DNA of 64,000 nucleotides from Candidatus Omnitrophota bacterium (GCA_041650495.1 JBAZLB010000002.1:165960-229959), one strand, 5' to 3'. Counted from the first letter of the stretch, positions 50,110 to 59,144 are shown. Notes: generated by a model from the sequence alone, not told the origin. Program-made: numbers and translations.

Positions 50110-51460
50110 ATTCGTATTTTTCGGTTACTAATTTCTCGATTTTTGCCAGCGTTATATTTATATTGTAAAGCGTGGCTTCCTTATTGAGCCTTTGGTTAGT
50201 CAAAAGAAGTTCCGCAGTGTTAAGATCGGTGATACTGACCTGGCCAGAAGAAAACATCTCCTGTGTCTGTTTAAAGGCCTCTTCGGCAAGGTTTACTGCT
50301 TCGATGTTTGCTTCAAGATTGTCCTTATACTGTTCATATTCTAAATAAGCTTTCTTAAGCTCCAACAATAAATCTTTTCCTGCCTGTTCTTTCCTGAGAA
50401 CAGCAATTTCTTTATCCGCTTTAGCTTGACTCAACTGAGCCTCCTTTGCTCCTCCCTCCCAAATCGGGATACTCACCTTAAGGCCGGCGGCAGAGTAATT
50501 ATCGAGTTCGTCCCAAGCAGTAGTTTTATTGGAATCGCTGCGATAATTCATAGAGGCAAACGCCGAAATCGTAGGCAGAAAATTTGCATACTTGCTTTTT
50601 ACGTTCGCCTCGGTAGAGTAGATTGTTTTACCAAGTTCCTGCAAATAAGGTTCATATGCGTACATGGCATTCACCAGCGTTTCATAATTAAAATCAGCAT
50701 ATTGTTCTTGAAAATTTCCCTCAAGTTCAATCTTCCGGTCAAGATCAATATCAATAATCCTTCTTAAGGTTTCAGTGGCGGCATCGAATTGGGTGCGGGC
50801 TTCATTGACTGCCGGAATCCTAGCCGAGACATCGGCATTCATTTTAACGATCTCATATTTCGAGCTACGGCCTCCGTAAGAGCGCTGCCCGAGCAATTTT
50901 TTATTCTCAAGAACATCTACATATGATTTCTCGGCTATAGCTAGCGTATTTTTAGCAAGCAGGCAGCTATAGTAAGTTAATTTTGCGGCAAAAATAACTT
51001 CTTGCCTGCTTGCTTCACTGTTAAAACGAGTCGCTTCGACCGCATTCTTAGCCGAATCTATTGCGTACATCACTTTGCCAAACGACCAAACAAGCTGCGA
51101 AGCGCTTAAGCCGTTATCTAATGAATGGTCGTAATACTTGCCGGCGGCTTTAGCCGGGTAATCCATATTGTTAGTCCAAGTCGATTGGCCGCTAATATGC
51201 AGCAATGCCTCGGAGCGAACTTCTCCGTAAACCCCCTTGCTTCTCTTAACCTCGCTATCCTTTATTTTTAATTCCTCGCTGTTTTCCAAGGCACGTCTGA
51301 TAGTTTCATCAAGGCTAATTTGCAAAGCAGAACTTATCTGAGAACCATCTGCCAGGGCGATATTAAAGATAAACGCTACGATAGCACACAAACTTGTAAT
51401 AAATAACATTGGTCTTTTCATTGCTGTATTATCACCTCTAATCTTCTTAGGAAAAGCCAC
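50096..51460 (-). CDS. TolC-family outer-membrane efflux channel
   Basis: Signal peptide and two OEP repeats with coiled-coil-rich sequence. Overlaps the adaptor gene. Confidence 0.8.
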   Translation of the reverse strand: MAFPKKIRGDNTAMKRPMLFITSLCAIVAFIFNIALADGSQISSALQISLDETIRRALENSEELKIKDSEVKRSKGVYGEVRSEALLHISGQSTWTNNMDYPAKAAGKYYDHSLDNGLSASQLVWSFGKVMYAIDSAKNAVEATRFNSEASRQEVIFAAKLTYYSCLLAKNTLAIAEKSYVDVLENKKLLGQRSYGGRSSKYEIVKMNADVSARIPAVNEARTQFDAATETLRRIIDIDLDRKIELEGNFQEQYADFNYETLVNAMYAYEPYLQELGKTIYSTEANVKSKYANFLPTISAFASMNYRSDSNKTTAWDELDNYSAAGLKVSIPIWEGGAKEAQLSQAKADKEIAVLRKEQAGKDLLLELKKAYLEYEQYKDNLEANIEAVNLAEEAFKQTQEMFSSGQVSITDLNTAELLLTNQRLNKEATLYNINITLAKIEKLVTEKYEYEKP

Positions 51461-51596
51461 AATCTATGCTCCGATATGAACATCATGTCATTCTATGAAC
51501 ATATGTTCATAAACATAATATAACATTCACAATACCTTTTGTCAAGGTGATTTTAATATTTTAGTAAACTATGCGGAATTGGTATTATGGTGGGAA
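51461..51596. promoter_or_regulatory. Promoter/operator region of the efflux operon with TetR-type palindromes
   Basis: Perfect 18-bp palindrome TATGAACATATGTTCATA plus a half-site ATGAACATCATGTCAT. The related imperfect palindrome TGAACGATTGTTCA lies upstream of tetR at ~52245. AATATAACATTCA is shared between both regions. Confidence 0.5.
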
Positions 51597-52208
51597 CTAT
51601 TTATTTGCAGTACCGTTTAGGAATAATCTAAGAATTACGCCAGACAAATCAATTAAATTGTCGTTCTTCTCCTTCTTCTCTTCCAGCCATCTTTGAATAA
51701 TCGTTTTTATAATAGAAGTAAACACCTCCGCGATCTGTCCCGCATCAAAATCCCTGCTGACAACTCCCTGCTCTTGCGCTTCCTTCAGTAGGCTTGTTGT
51801 ATATTCTTGCATTTGTAGCCCGGTGGGAGATTTTAAGATTCTTCTTTCCGACAATAATTCGTTTCCCTCAGAAATAAATATACGAAAAAAATCCTGGTTC
51901 TTTTCAAAAAAGACTAAGCCTTCTTGCACAAAAATCTCCAGCTTCCTTCTTGTATCTTTCACCTGCCCTATCTTTTCCTTAATTGTAACTTGCAAACTTT
52001 TCATCTTCTCTTCAAGCAAAGCAAAATAAAGGGCATCCTTATCTTTAAAATGTAGATAAACCGTTCCGGTAGCGTACTGTGCTTCTTTTGCAATATCTCT
52101 TATTGTCGCCTCGTGGTACCCTTTTAAAGCAAATAAGTGCTCGGCTGCTTTCAGGATATCGGACCTGCGCAATTGCCTATCTCTTTCTTTTCTGCTTAAC
52201 ACGGTCAT
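51597..52208 (-). CDS. TetR/AcrR-family transcriptional repressor
   Basis: N-terminal HTH (..ATIRDIAKEAQYATGTVYLHF..), ~200 aa. Confidence 0.8.
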   Translation of the reverse strand: MTVLSRKERDRQLRRSDILKAAEHLFALKGYHEATIRDIAKEAQYATGTVYLHFKDKDALYFALLEEKMKSLQVTIKEKIGQVKDTRRKLEIFVQEGLVFFEKNQDFFRIFISEGNELLSERRILKSPTGLQMQEYTTSLLKEAQEQGVVSRDFDAGQIAEVFTSIIKTIIQRWLEEKKEKNDNLIDLSGVILRLFLNGTANK

Positions 52209-52469
52209 CTTTACTCCTATGAATTATGAATAATGTCTAAATAATGAACGATTGTTCACAATTAAATATAACATTCAAACAGTCTTCTGTCAAGGCAATT
52301 TCTAAAATTTGAGAGGTGAACCCGATAAGGACGCCCATACCTTGCCATAAAGGAATGGCAAGTATGCGGCTTTCTGCCGCAGAAATACGGCACGGCAGAA
52401 AGACTCTCTGTATATAGCTATATTTTAATTTTAAAAGAACTCCGTCCTCTCCTCTGCCCTCATAATTTT

Positions 52470-52513
52470 AACTATAAATAAAAGAGCGCCTTACGTATCT
52501 GTAAGACGCTCTT
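52470..52513 (-). terminator. Rho-independent terminator immediately 3' of the tRNA-fMet gene
   Basis: Minus strand AAGAGCG-TCTTACAGATACGTAAGG-CGCTCTT followed by TTATTTAT. Confidence 0.55.
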
Positions 52514-52521
52514 ATGATTTA

Positions 52522-52838
52522 TTGCGGGGGTGCGATTTGAACGCACGACCTTTAGGTTATGCATGCTACTACAGTTTTCACTGCTCTGTCATAAGCGCTT
52601 ATGACAGATTTGTAGTCTGGACTATACCTTGACCGAAATTATCTCGGCCTCTGCCGTCTAGTCTCTACACCTTTCCGTTAGAAACTCTAGCGGACTTGGT
52701 TCGGTATTACCTTTTTTGACTCTGCGGCTCCACCGAATTTGGCAGACTATCCTTCGGCCGTTTCCGGCCGAGGAGCCCATCGGACAACACATTTGTGTCC
52801 ATTGAGCCTAATGAGCTACCGGACTGCTCCACCCCGCG
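52522..52838 (-). tRNA. Initiator tRNA-fMet (anticodon CAU) split by a ~243-nt group-I-like insert in the anticodon loop
   Basis: Exon 1 (52838-52805) is CGCGGGGTGGAGCAGTCCGGTAGCTCATTAGGCT. Exon 2 (52561-52522) is CATAACCTAAAGGTCGTGCGTTCAAATCGCACCCCCGCAA. Joined, they give a canonical cloverleaf almost identical to E. coli tRNA-fMet as I recall it, with C1xA72 mismatch, anticodon loop CUCAUAA and T-loop TTCAAAT. CCA is not encoded. Confidence 0.8.
52562..52804 (-). ncRNA. Probable group I (self-splicing) intron, ~243 nt, inserted after U33 of tRNA-fMet
   Basis: 5' exon ends in U and the insert ends in G (group I U/omega-G rule). Internal AAGGTGTAGAGACTAGACGGCAGAG (plus 52647-52672) resembles the P7/J8-7 catalytic core of cyanobacterial tRNA group I introns (GGTGCAGAGACTCGACGGGAG, recalled from memory). 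No ORF inside. Confidence 0.65.
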
Positions 52839-52888
52839 ATATCTACCACTTATTTCATTATCTTAAGAGAAAGAACAAGGATAGCTAT

Positions 52889-52897
52889 ATTATACCA
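52889..52897 (-). promoter_or_regulatory. Extended -10 element (TGGTATAAT) of a putative promoter for the tRNA-fMet transcript
   Basis: Minus strand CATGGTATAATATAGC lies ~55 nt upstream of the tRNA 5' end. The -35 is weak (TTGCCT at a non-ideal spacing). Confidence 0.4.
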
Positions 52898-52935
52898 TGC
52901 TATCCGCCTAAAGAAAGGCAATAATCTATTTTCTT

Positions 52936-53205
52936 TTACGGGACTATCTTGACTGGTATCTCCCCCTTACGCACCACACCCATCTTTTCCCGGGCAATCT
53001 TCTCCTGGTAAAACGGGTCTTTCTGTAACAGGTTTATCTCCTGCTGCAAAAGGGAGTTTTCTATATTCAACTTCTTTATCTTCTGGCTTAACTGGCGGTT
53101 CTTATCCCTTAATTCCTGTAATTTGGTAAACCCCGGGAGGAATAATATAAAAATAACAGCCAATATACCAAAAATCCAGAATGCCCTTTTTAATGTTTCC
53201 GGCAT
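52936..53205 (-). CDS. Septum formation initiator FtsB/DivIC-like protein
   Basis: N-terminal TM helix followed by a coiled coil (..LQELRDKNRQLSQKIKKLNIENSLLQQEINLLQKDP..). Confidence 0.7.
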   Translation of the reverse strand: MPETLKRAFWIFGILAVIFILFLPGFTKLQELRDKNRQLSQKIKKLNIENSLLQQEINLLQKDPFYQEKIAREKMGVVRKGEIPVKIVP

Positions 53206-54470
53206 TATTTCTTCCAGATTTTCCCACTATAAATTGCCTTCTTGCCTAATGCCTCTTCTATGCGCAATAACTCGTTATATTTGCAAACCCTGTCCGTACG
53301 CGAAAGCGAGCCGGTCTTAATCTGGCCTACAGCCGTAGCTACTGCCAGATGGGCGATAGTAGTATCTTCGGTCTCACCGGAGCGGTGGGATATAACCGCC
53401 TTATATTTATTTTTCTTAGCCATTCTCACTACTTCCAGGGTTTCAGACAAAGAACCGATCTGGTTGACCTTGATTAATATGGAATTGGCAATCTTATCTT
53501 CTATGCCTTTTTTAAAGATCTTGGGGTTGGTCACAAATATGTCATCCCCTACCAGTTGAAGCTTCAGGCCAAGTGCAGATGTCATCTCCTGCCAGCCTGA
53601 AGTATCATGCTCGGAAAGGCCGTCCTCTATTGAGATAAGCGGATATTTATCCATCCAGCCTGCGTATATATTAATTAAGTCCGCGGAACTCTTGCGGGAA
53701 TTCTCAAATTGATAGGCGCCATCACGGTAAAAAGAACTCGCCGCGCAATCTAAGGCAAGGAAAATATCCTTACCCGGCTCATACCCCGCCCTTTTTATTG
53801 CCTGGAGTATAAGCCCTATTGCCTCTTCATTGGATTTCAGGTTAGGCGCAAAACCCCCCTCATCCCCCACAGAAGTAGACAGGCCTTGCGATTTTAAAAG
53901 CGCCTTCAGGTTATGAAAAACCTCCGTAGCATACCTCAGGGCCTCGCTGAAAGTAGGTGCCCCAACCGGCATAATCATGAATTCCTGGATATCAAGGTTG
54001 TTGTCCGCATGCATGCCGCCGTTTAATATGTTCATCATGGGAACAGGCAGTATTTTAGCGCTATCTCCTCCCAGATACTTATAAAGGGGCTGCTTCTTAG
54101 ATAAAGCCGCTGCCTTAGCCACTGCCAAGGAGACTCCCAATATAGCATTTGCCCCCAGCTTGGACTTATTATCCGTGCCATCCAGCTCAATAAGGAGTTT
54201 ATCTATCTTATTAAAATCAGGGCTTAATCCTTTAATGCGTCCGGAAATTACCCCATTCACATTGGCAACCGCTTTCAAAACCCCCTTACCCAGGTATTTT
54301 GACTTATCCCCATCCCTTAATTCCAGGGCCTCGTTTTCTCCGGTAGAGGCTCCTGAAGGCACAGCTGAACGGCCCATCACTCCGGAATCAAGGATTACAT
54401 CTACTTCTACCGTAGGATTGCCGCGTGAATCCAGTATTTGCCTGGCGAATACGTTCTTAATCTTGGCCAT
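53205..54470 (-). CDS. eno: Enolase
   Basis: [25 protein letters not shown].. and SHRSGETED enolase signature. Start at the internal ATG (ORF extends to 54599). Confidence 0.9.
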   Translation of the reverse strand: MAKIKNVFARQILDSRGNPTVEVDVILDSGVMGRSAVPSGASTGENEALELRDGDKSKYLGKGVLKAVANVNGVISGRIKGLSPDFNKIDKLLIELDGTDNKSKLGANAILGVSLAVAKAAALSKKQPLYKYLGGDSAKILPVPMMNILNGGMHADNNLDIQEFMIMPVGAPTFSEALRYATEVFHNLKALLKSQGLSTSVGDEGGFAPNLKSNEEAIGLILQAIKRAGYEPGKDIFLALDCAASSFYRDGAYQFENSRKSSADLINIYAGWMDKYPLISIEDGLSEHDTSGWQEMTSALGLKLQLVGDDIFVTNPKIFKKGIEDKIANSILIKVNQIGSLSETLEVVRMAKKNKYKAVISHRSGETEDTTIAHLAVATAVGQIKTGSLSRTDRVCKYNELLRIEEALGKKAIYSGKIWKK

Positions 54471-54624
54471 TTTTTCTCTCCTGTTGTTTAAATAGAAGTT
54501 TAGATTAGCATAATAGCATTTCTTAGTCAAGGGAAAACAGCCATACTGCTGCCTTTTTAGGATTATAAACAGCTGGGGAAAGATTTTAGTTGCAAGCATG
54601 ACAGGGGTTTGCTACTATTTTCAT

Positions 54625-55542
54625 ATGCAAAAGGTAAGGATCGGGGTTATCGGGATAGGGCATTTAGGCAGTATACATGCCAAAATATATAAAGAAATAG
54701 AGAACTGCTCCCTGACAGCTGTCTGCGATATAGACCAAAGGCGCCTGGCAGAGGTATCAGGTGAATTAGGCGTAATAGGCTTAAACGACTACAGGCAGCT
54801 TTTTGGCAAAGTAGATGCGGTAAGTGTGGCAGTCCCTACTAAACTGCACTATGAAATAGCCGCGGCATGCCTGAAGCATAAAATCCACTGTCTGGTAGAA
54901 AAACCTTTTACCACCAACCTCAAAGAAGCAGACCGGCTCATTGACCTGGCTAAAAAAAATAAGCTCACCCTTCAAGTCGGCCACATAGAAAGGTTCAACT
55001 CCGCCTTCTCCGCCACCCAAAGACTTATTAAGGCGCCTAAATTTATAGAATGCCACCGCCTGAGCACTTTCCCCAACCGCTCCCTGGATGTCGGGGCAGT
55101 GCTGGATATTATGATCCACGATATAGATATAATCTTAGGGTTAGTCCCCTGCGGGATCAAAAAGATTGAGTCTGTGGGCGTAAACGTCCTTACGCCTTTT
55201 GAAGATATCGCCAATAGCCGTATTACCTTTAAAAACGGCTGTGTAGCCAACCTTACTGCCAGCCGCGTATCTGATGAAGTGATGCGTAAAATAAGGATAT
55301 TCCAGGAGGATACCTATATTTCCCTGGATTATAAAGAAGCAAAGGCAAGTGTATATAAAAAAGAAGGTTCCACCATCACTAAAACCGACCTGCCCATTGA
55401 AAAGGAACAACCCCTCCAGAAGGAACTGAAGGATTTTATTGATTGCCTACTCCAAGACAGAGACCCCCTGGTCTCAGGCCCCGTTGCCCGGGAAGCCCTG
55501 AAGGTAGCCTTGACCATCCAAAAGCAGATATGGCAGAAATAA
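54625..55542 (+). CDS. Gfo/Idh/MocA-family NAD(P)-dependent oxidoreductase (GnnA-like?) immediately upstream of lpxB
   Basis: N-terminal Rossmann GVIGIGHLGSIHA and a C-terminal alpha/beta domain. Stop overlaps the lpxB start. Confidence 0.75.
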   Translation: MQKVRIGVIGIGHLGSIHAKIYKEIENCSLTAVCDIDQRRLAEVSGELGVIGLNDYRQLFGKVDAVSVAVPTKLHYEIAAACLKHKIHCLVEKPFTTNLKEADRLIDLAKKNKLTLQVGHIERFNSAFSATQRLIKAPKFIECHRLSTFPNRSLDVGAVLDIMIHDIDIILGLVPCGIKKIESVGVNVLTPFEDIANSRITFKNGCVANLTASRVSDEVMRKIRIFQEDTYISLDYKEAKASVYKKEGSTITKTDLPIEKEQPLQKELKDFIDCLLQDRDPLVSGPVAREALKVALTIQKQIWQK

Positions 55543-56669
55543 AAAACCTGATGATTATCTGCGGTGAGCCATCCGGAGACCTGCATGCGGGGAACCTGGC
55601 GCAGGAAATAAAGAAACTAAACCCCGCGATCAAGATCACCGGGGTAGGAGGCGCTTCTTTAAAGCGCTCAGCTGATGAGATCATCTGCGATATAAAAGAA
55701 CTGGCTGTTTTTGGATTCTTTGACGTCATAAAGAAACTCCCCCGTTTCTTCCGTTTAAAAAGGACTGTTCTTGAGAAAATAGAAAAAGACAGGCCGGATG
55801 CGCTGATACTGGTTGATTTTTCAGGCTTCAACTTGAGGCTGGCTAAGGCCATAAATAAAAAGATCACTGTTATATACTATGTAAGCCCGCAGGTATGGGC
55901 CTCGCGCAAAGGCCGCCTTAAGACTATTAAAAAATATATCCATAAAATGGTCGTCCTCTTTAAATTTGAAGAGGAATTTTACCATAAATGCGGGATTGAC
56001 GCTGTCTGCGCAGGACACCCTCTTTTAGACATAGTAACTCCCAGTCTAACAAAGCAAGAATTACTCTCAAGCCTTAAATTCTCACCCCATAAAAAGACCA
56101 TCGCATTACTGCCGGGCTCGCGCAACCAGGAAATAAAGAATATACTGCCGATAATGCTCGCTGCCTCTTCTATTATCGCAAGAAAAATACCCTCTCAATT
56201 TATAATTGCCAAATCCCCGCATGTAGAAGAGAATATATATCTTAATGAAATAAACAGATTTAAATTAGACGTTAAGATGCTGGAAGGAAAAACCTATGAC
56301 TGTCTGGAAATCGCGGATTTCTGCCTGGTCTGCTCCGGTACAGCAACCCTTGAGACAGCTATTATGCAGAAGCCTTTCTGTATAGTTTACAAGATGAATA
56401 CGCTAAATTACCTGCTTTACCGGCCCCAGGTGAAAGTCCCTTATATCGGGATGGTAAATATAGTGGCGGGAGAGAATATTATCCCTGAGTTCATACAATT
56501 CAAAGCCAATCCGGCAAAGATAGCTGAAGAAGCCTTGAATATCCTGAATAACCCAGACCGGCTAAGACAGATAAAAGAAGGTCTCTTTAAGGTAAAGGCG
56601 TCTCTCGGAGAGAATGGGGCAGGCCTGCGCGCGGCAAAAATAATCCTGGACTACTTAACAAAGCAATAA
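55530..56669 (+). CDS. lpxB: Lipid-A-disaccharide synthase
   Basis: MAEIKNLMIICGEPSGDLHAGNL.. GT19 N-terminus and full-length LpxB conservation. Confidence 0.85.
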   Translation: MAEIKNLMIICGEPSGDLHAGNLAQEIKKLNPAIKITGVGGASLKRSADEIICDIKELAVFGFFDVIKKLPRFFRLKRTVLEKIEKDRPDALILVDFSGFNLRLAKAINKKITVIYYVSPQVWASRKGRLKTIKKYIHKMVVLFKFEEEFYHKCGIDAVCAGHPLLDIVTPSLTKQELLSSLKFSPHKKTIALLPGSRNQEIKNILPIMLAASSIIARKIPSQFIIAKSPHVEENIYLNEINRFKLDVKMLEGKTYDCLEIADFCLVCSGTATLETAIMQKPFCIVYKMNTLNYLLYRPQVKVPYIGMVNIVAGENIIPEFIQFKANPAKIAEEALNILNNPDRLRQIKEGLFKVKASLGENGAGLRAAKIILDYLTKQ

Positions 56670-56699
56670 ACAACCCCCTTTTTATCCTGAAGATCTCTG

Positions 56700-57077
56700 C
56701 TAAGGGGACTCACTCAGAATTTCCTCTATAGTCTCTAATAAATCCTGATGATAGGCCAATTTATCAAAATAACCCCGGGCACCGACCTCCTGGCACCGCT
56801 CGGACAGACCACGGGAATCCAACTCTTTACAAGTCAGGAATAAAATATCAATTTTTCTTGTAGCGGCATTATTCTTTAGCTTCTTGGCAGTCTCATAACC
56901 ATCCATCTTCGGCATAACGATATCCAATAAGATCAGGTCAGGCTTCGCAGACTTAGCCTTAGCCAGGGCCTCTTCTCCGCTCTGGGCGATTAAAACCGTA
57001 TAGCCCTTGTTGTCCAGCCTCATTTTCATCAACTCCGCGGCATCCCTCTCGTCATCCACAATCAAAATCTTCTTCAT
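56700..57077 (-). CDS. Single-domain response regulator (CheY-like receiver)
   Basis: ILIVDDE, phospho-acceptor D in LILLDIVMP, T/K residues conserved. 125 aa. Confidence 0.8.
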   Translation of the reverse strand: MKKILIVDDERDAAELMKMRLDNKGYTVLIAQSGEEALAKAKSAKPDLILLDIVMPKMDGYETAKKLKNNAATRKIDILFLTCKELDSRGLSERCQEVGARGYFDKLAYHQDLLETIEEILSESP

Positions 57078-57091
57078 TTTACTCCTCCCCC

Positions 57092-57131
57092 AAAAATAAA
57101 AAACGACTCTTACCTGGCATAAGAATCGTCG
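57092..57131 (-). terminator. Rho-independent terminator between the secreted hypothetical gene and the response-regulator gene
   Basis: Minus strand CGACGATTCTT-ATGCCAGGT-AAGAGTCGT followed by TTTTTTATTTTTGG. Confidence 0.5.
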
Positions 57132-57228
57132 GTATAAAACTTTATTTTCCAGGCGCCATTTACCACCTCGCTTGGATTCTGTATCTATTCTTATTCTATC
57201 TCATACCTAAACCGCGGTCAATATAAAT

Positions 57229-57663
57229 TCACCCTTTCTTTACCACCCTGAATGAGCAAAAGGCACGTTCACTCTTCCTTCCCCAGAAGGAGACCTCCCG
57301 TACTGACCAGGTATAGACCTGGCCGTCCTCAAAAATCCCGGAGTTGATCTCTATAAAGGGGATTTTCGCTGGCAGGGCCTGTTTGAAAATAAGATTGGAG
57401 GCATACATATTATAACCTTTATATAACCTGAATTCACAATGGTCTGCCTCTACCAGGTTGACTATGCTCCATTTAAATTCAAGAGAACCTTTCCCGGTCA
57501 AGACGGCTTCCTCGCTGACAGGGTGTATTAACCTGGGTTCAGGGGGCAGGCTAAGCCCACTTCCTGCCGAAGGAATACTGTAGCTTATGGCAAAAGAGGG
57601 CAAAAGTAATAACGTAGACATAAACGCCGCTGCCGCTAGAACCAGTTTAATCGCTAAGCGCAT
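57229..57663 (-). CDS. Hypothetical secreted protein
   Basis: Signal peptide (..AAAAFMSTLLLLPSFA), no known domain. Confidence 0.4.
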   Translation of the reverse strand: MRLAIKLVLAAAAFMSTLLLLPSFAISYSIPSAGSGLSLPPEPRLIHPVSEEAVLTGKGSLEFKWSIVNLVEADHCEFRLYKGYNMYASNLIFKQALPAKIPFIEINSGIFEDGQVYTWSVREVSFWGRKSERAFCSFRVVKKG

Positions 57664-57693
57664 TCTTGCCTCCTTTTAAGAATAAGTCTTAAA

Positions 57694-58806
57694 TTAAGAC
57701 GCAGCCTTTGCCATGGCAATACGTTCATCAATAGGCGGGTGGTCAAAGAAAAATAGCTTTATCAGCCAATGCGGATTACGGTCAGCCAGATTCTGCAGGG
57801 CGAGTTTTTCCATCGCGGAAATAAAAGCGCTGTTGTGGCCGGTTACCTTAACCGCTAATGCATCTGCCTGGCGTTCAAACCTGCGGCTGAGATAATTCTG
57901 CAAAGGCTGGATAATTATCCCCAGGACAAACATATATATTATTATCAAGGGGACAGCTGCGATATCCGTTAGAGAGGAAAGCCCGAAAAACCTCAAAGGC
58001 AAAGCGCTTGTTGAAAACAACAGGTATAAAGAAAATATAATCGCGCAGGAATTGATAAGGACAAGCTTTAAAAGATGCCTGAGGCGGTAATGGCTGAACT
58101 CATGGGCCAGGATTACTTCTATCTCATCAGGGCTGTATTTACCCTTCAGGGTATCCGCAAGCAGTATGCGCTTACCGGAGCCTAAACCGACAAAGGCCGC
58201 GTTTGCCTTCAGGGTCTTCTTGCTGAAATCTATCTCATAAACGCCCAATAATTTAACCTGCATCTTAGAGGCTAATGCCAGGATGCGTTCTTTAAGGGCA
58301 GTATCGGATAAATCTTTATATTTAAAAAACAGGGGTATTATGACCAGGGGCGTGAGCTTTGCCAGGACTAAACTGAAGAATATCCAGAATAAAGAAACAA
58401 TGGCCCACCATGTTGCAGGATAATGCCTGGCCAGGTAATAAAAAGCGCCTAAAAGAATAAGCAGAATAACATAAGATAAGATTGCCGCTTTGAACTGGTC
58501 CTTAAGCCAGCCGGAGAATTTCTGTCCGGAGAGGGAAAATTTATGCTCCAGGATAAAAGATTGGTATAGATTAAGCGGAAAATCCAAAAGGTAGTAACCA
58601 GAAAAGAGGATTATTGAATATAAAGGAAGGGTGAAAATGCCGCCTGCCGCATTTTCTATATGCATTGCCAGGGTCTTTGCCAGGCCGAAATATTGAAAAA
58701 TAAAAAGCAGGCCTAAGATGTATACGGTATCTAAAACAGCCAAACCGTAACGCAAGGAAGAATAACGCTTAGCCTGCCCTGCCCTTGCGGTATCCTCAAC
58801 AACCAT
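57694..58806 (-). CDS. M48-family (Ste24/HtpX-like) zinc metallopeptidase, membrane-bound
   Basis: Multiple TM helices, HEXXH as HEFSHY, and a downstream E (..EKLALQN..). Confidence 0.75.
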   Translation of the reverse strand: MVVEDTARAGQAKRYSSLRYGLAVLDTVYILGLLFIFQYFGLAKTLAMHIENAAGGIFTLPLYSIILFSGYYLLDFPLNLYQSFILEHKFSLSGQKFSGWLKDQFKAAILSYVILLILLGAFYYLARHYPATWWAIVSLFWIFFSLVLAKLTPLVIIPLFFKYKDLSDTALKERILALASKMQVKLLGVYEIDFSKKTLKANAAFVGLGSGKRILLADTLKGKYSPDEIEVILAHEFSHYRLRHLLKLVLINSCAIIFSLYLLFSTSALPLRFFGLSSLTDIAAVPLIIIYMFVLGIIIQPLQNYLSRRFERQADALAVKVTGHNSAFISAMEKLALQNLADRNPHWLIKLFFFDHPPIDERIAMAKAAS

Positions 58807-58808
58807 TC

Positions 58809-59057
58809 TTATGCCTTTGCCTTTTTCTCCTGCGGCAGGACATTAATACATGTCCTCATCTTCCCGCCGGGGGTCTTCCTGCGGGTAAAATAAACCTTCC
58901 CCGGGCATAGGGCAAAGACCGTGCCCATGCCTTTTACGTTCTTGCCCGGTTTGTAGGTATTTATTCCCCTGCATAGTATCTCCCCCGTCTTTACCGGCTG
59001 CCCTGCGGATACCTTAATCGATTCATCTTTCTTGGGTGTTGCCTTTCCACCAGCCAT
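58809..59057 (-). CDS. Divergent ribosomal protein bL27-like protein
   Basis: Core ..VKTGEILCRGINTYKPGKNVKGMGTVFALCPGKVYF.. aligns with the bL27 RQRGTKxHPGxNVGxGxDHTLFA block. The invariant N-terminal AHKKGGGS motif is replaced by MAGGKATPKKDES. No rplU upstream. Confidence 0.45.
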   Translation of the reverse strand: MAGGKATPKKDESIKVSAGQPVKTGEILCRGINTYKPGKNVKGMGTVFALCPGKVYFTRRKTPGGKMRTCINVLPQEKKAKA

Positions 59058-59144
59058 ATGATTGCCTCCTTATATCGCCCTTATCACCCCTGCGGATGCC
59101 TCAAGCGGATTTAACAAATGAAAAAATATAATAGCATACAACCT

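Noticed and set aside
52522-52838. Considered tmRNA (ssrA) or an aberrantly long tRNA because of an isolated T-arm/acceptor end
   Set aside because: The two flanking halves reconstruct a complete tRNA-fMet cloverleaf with a CAU anticodon, and the insert has a group-I-like core. tmRNA would lack a D-stem and carry a tag-peptide ORF.
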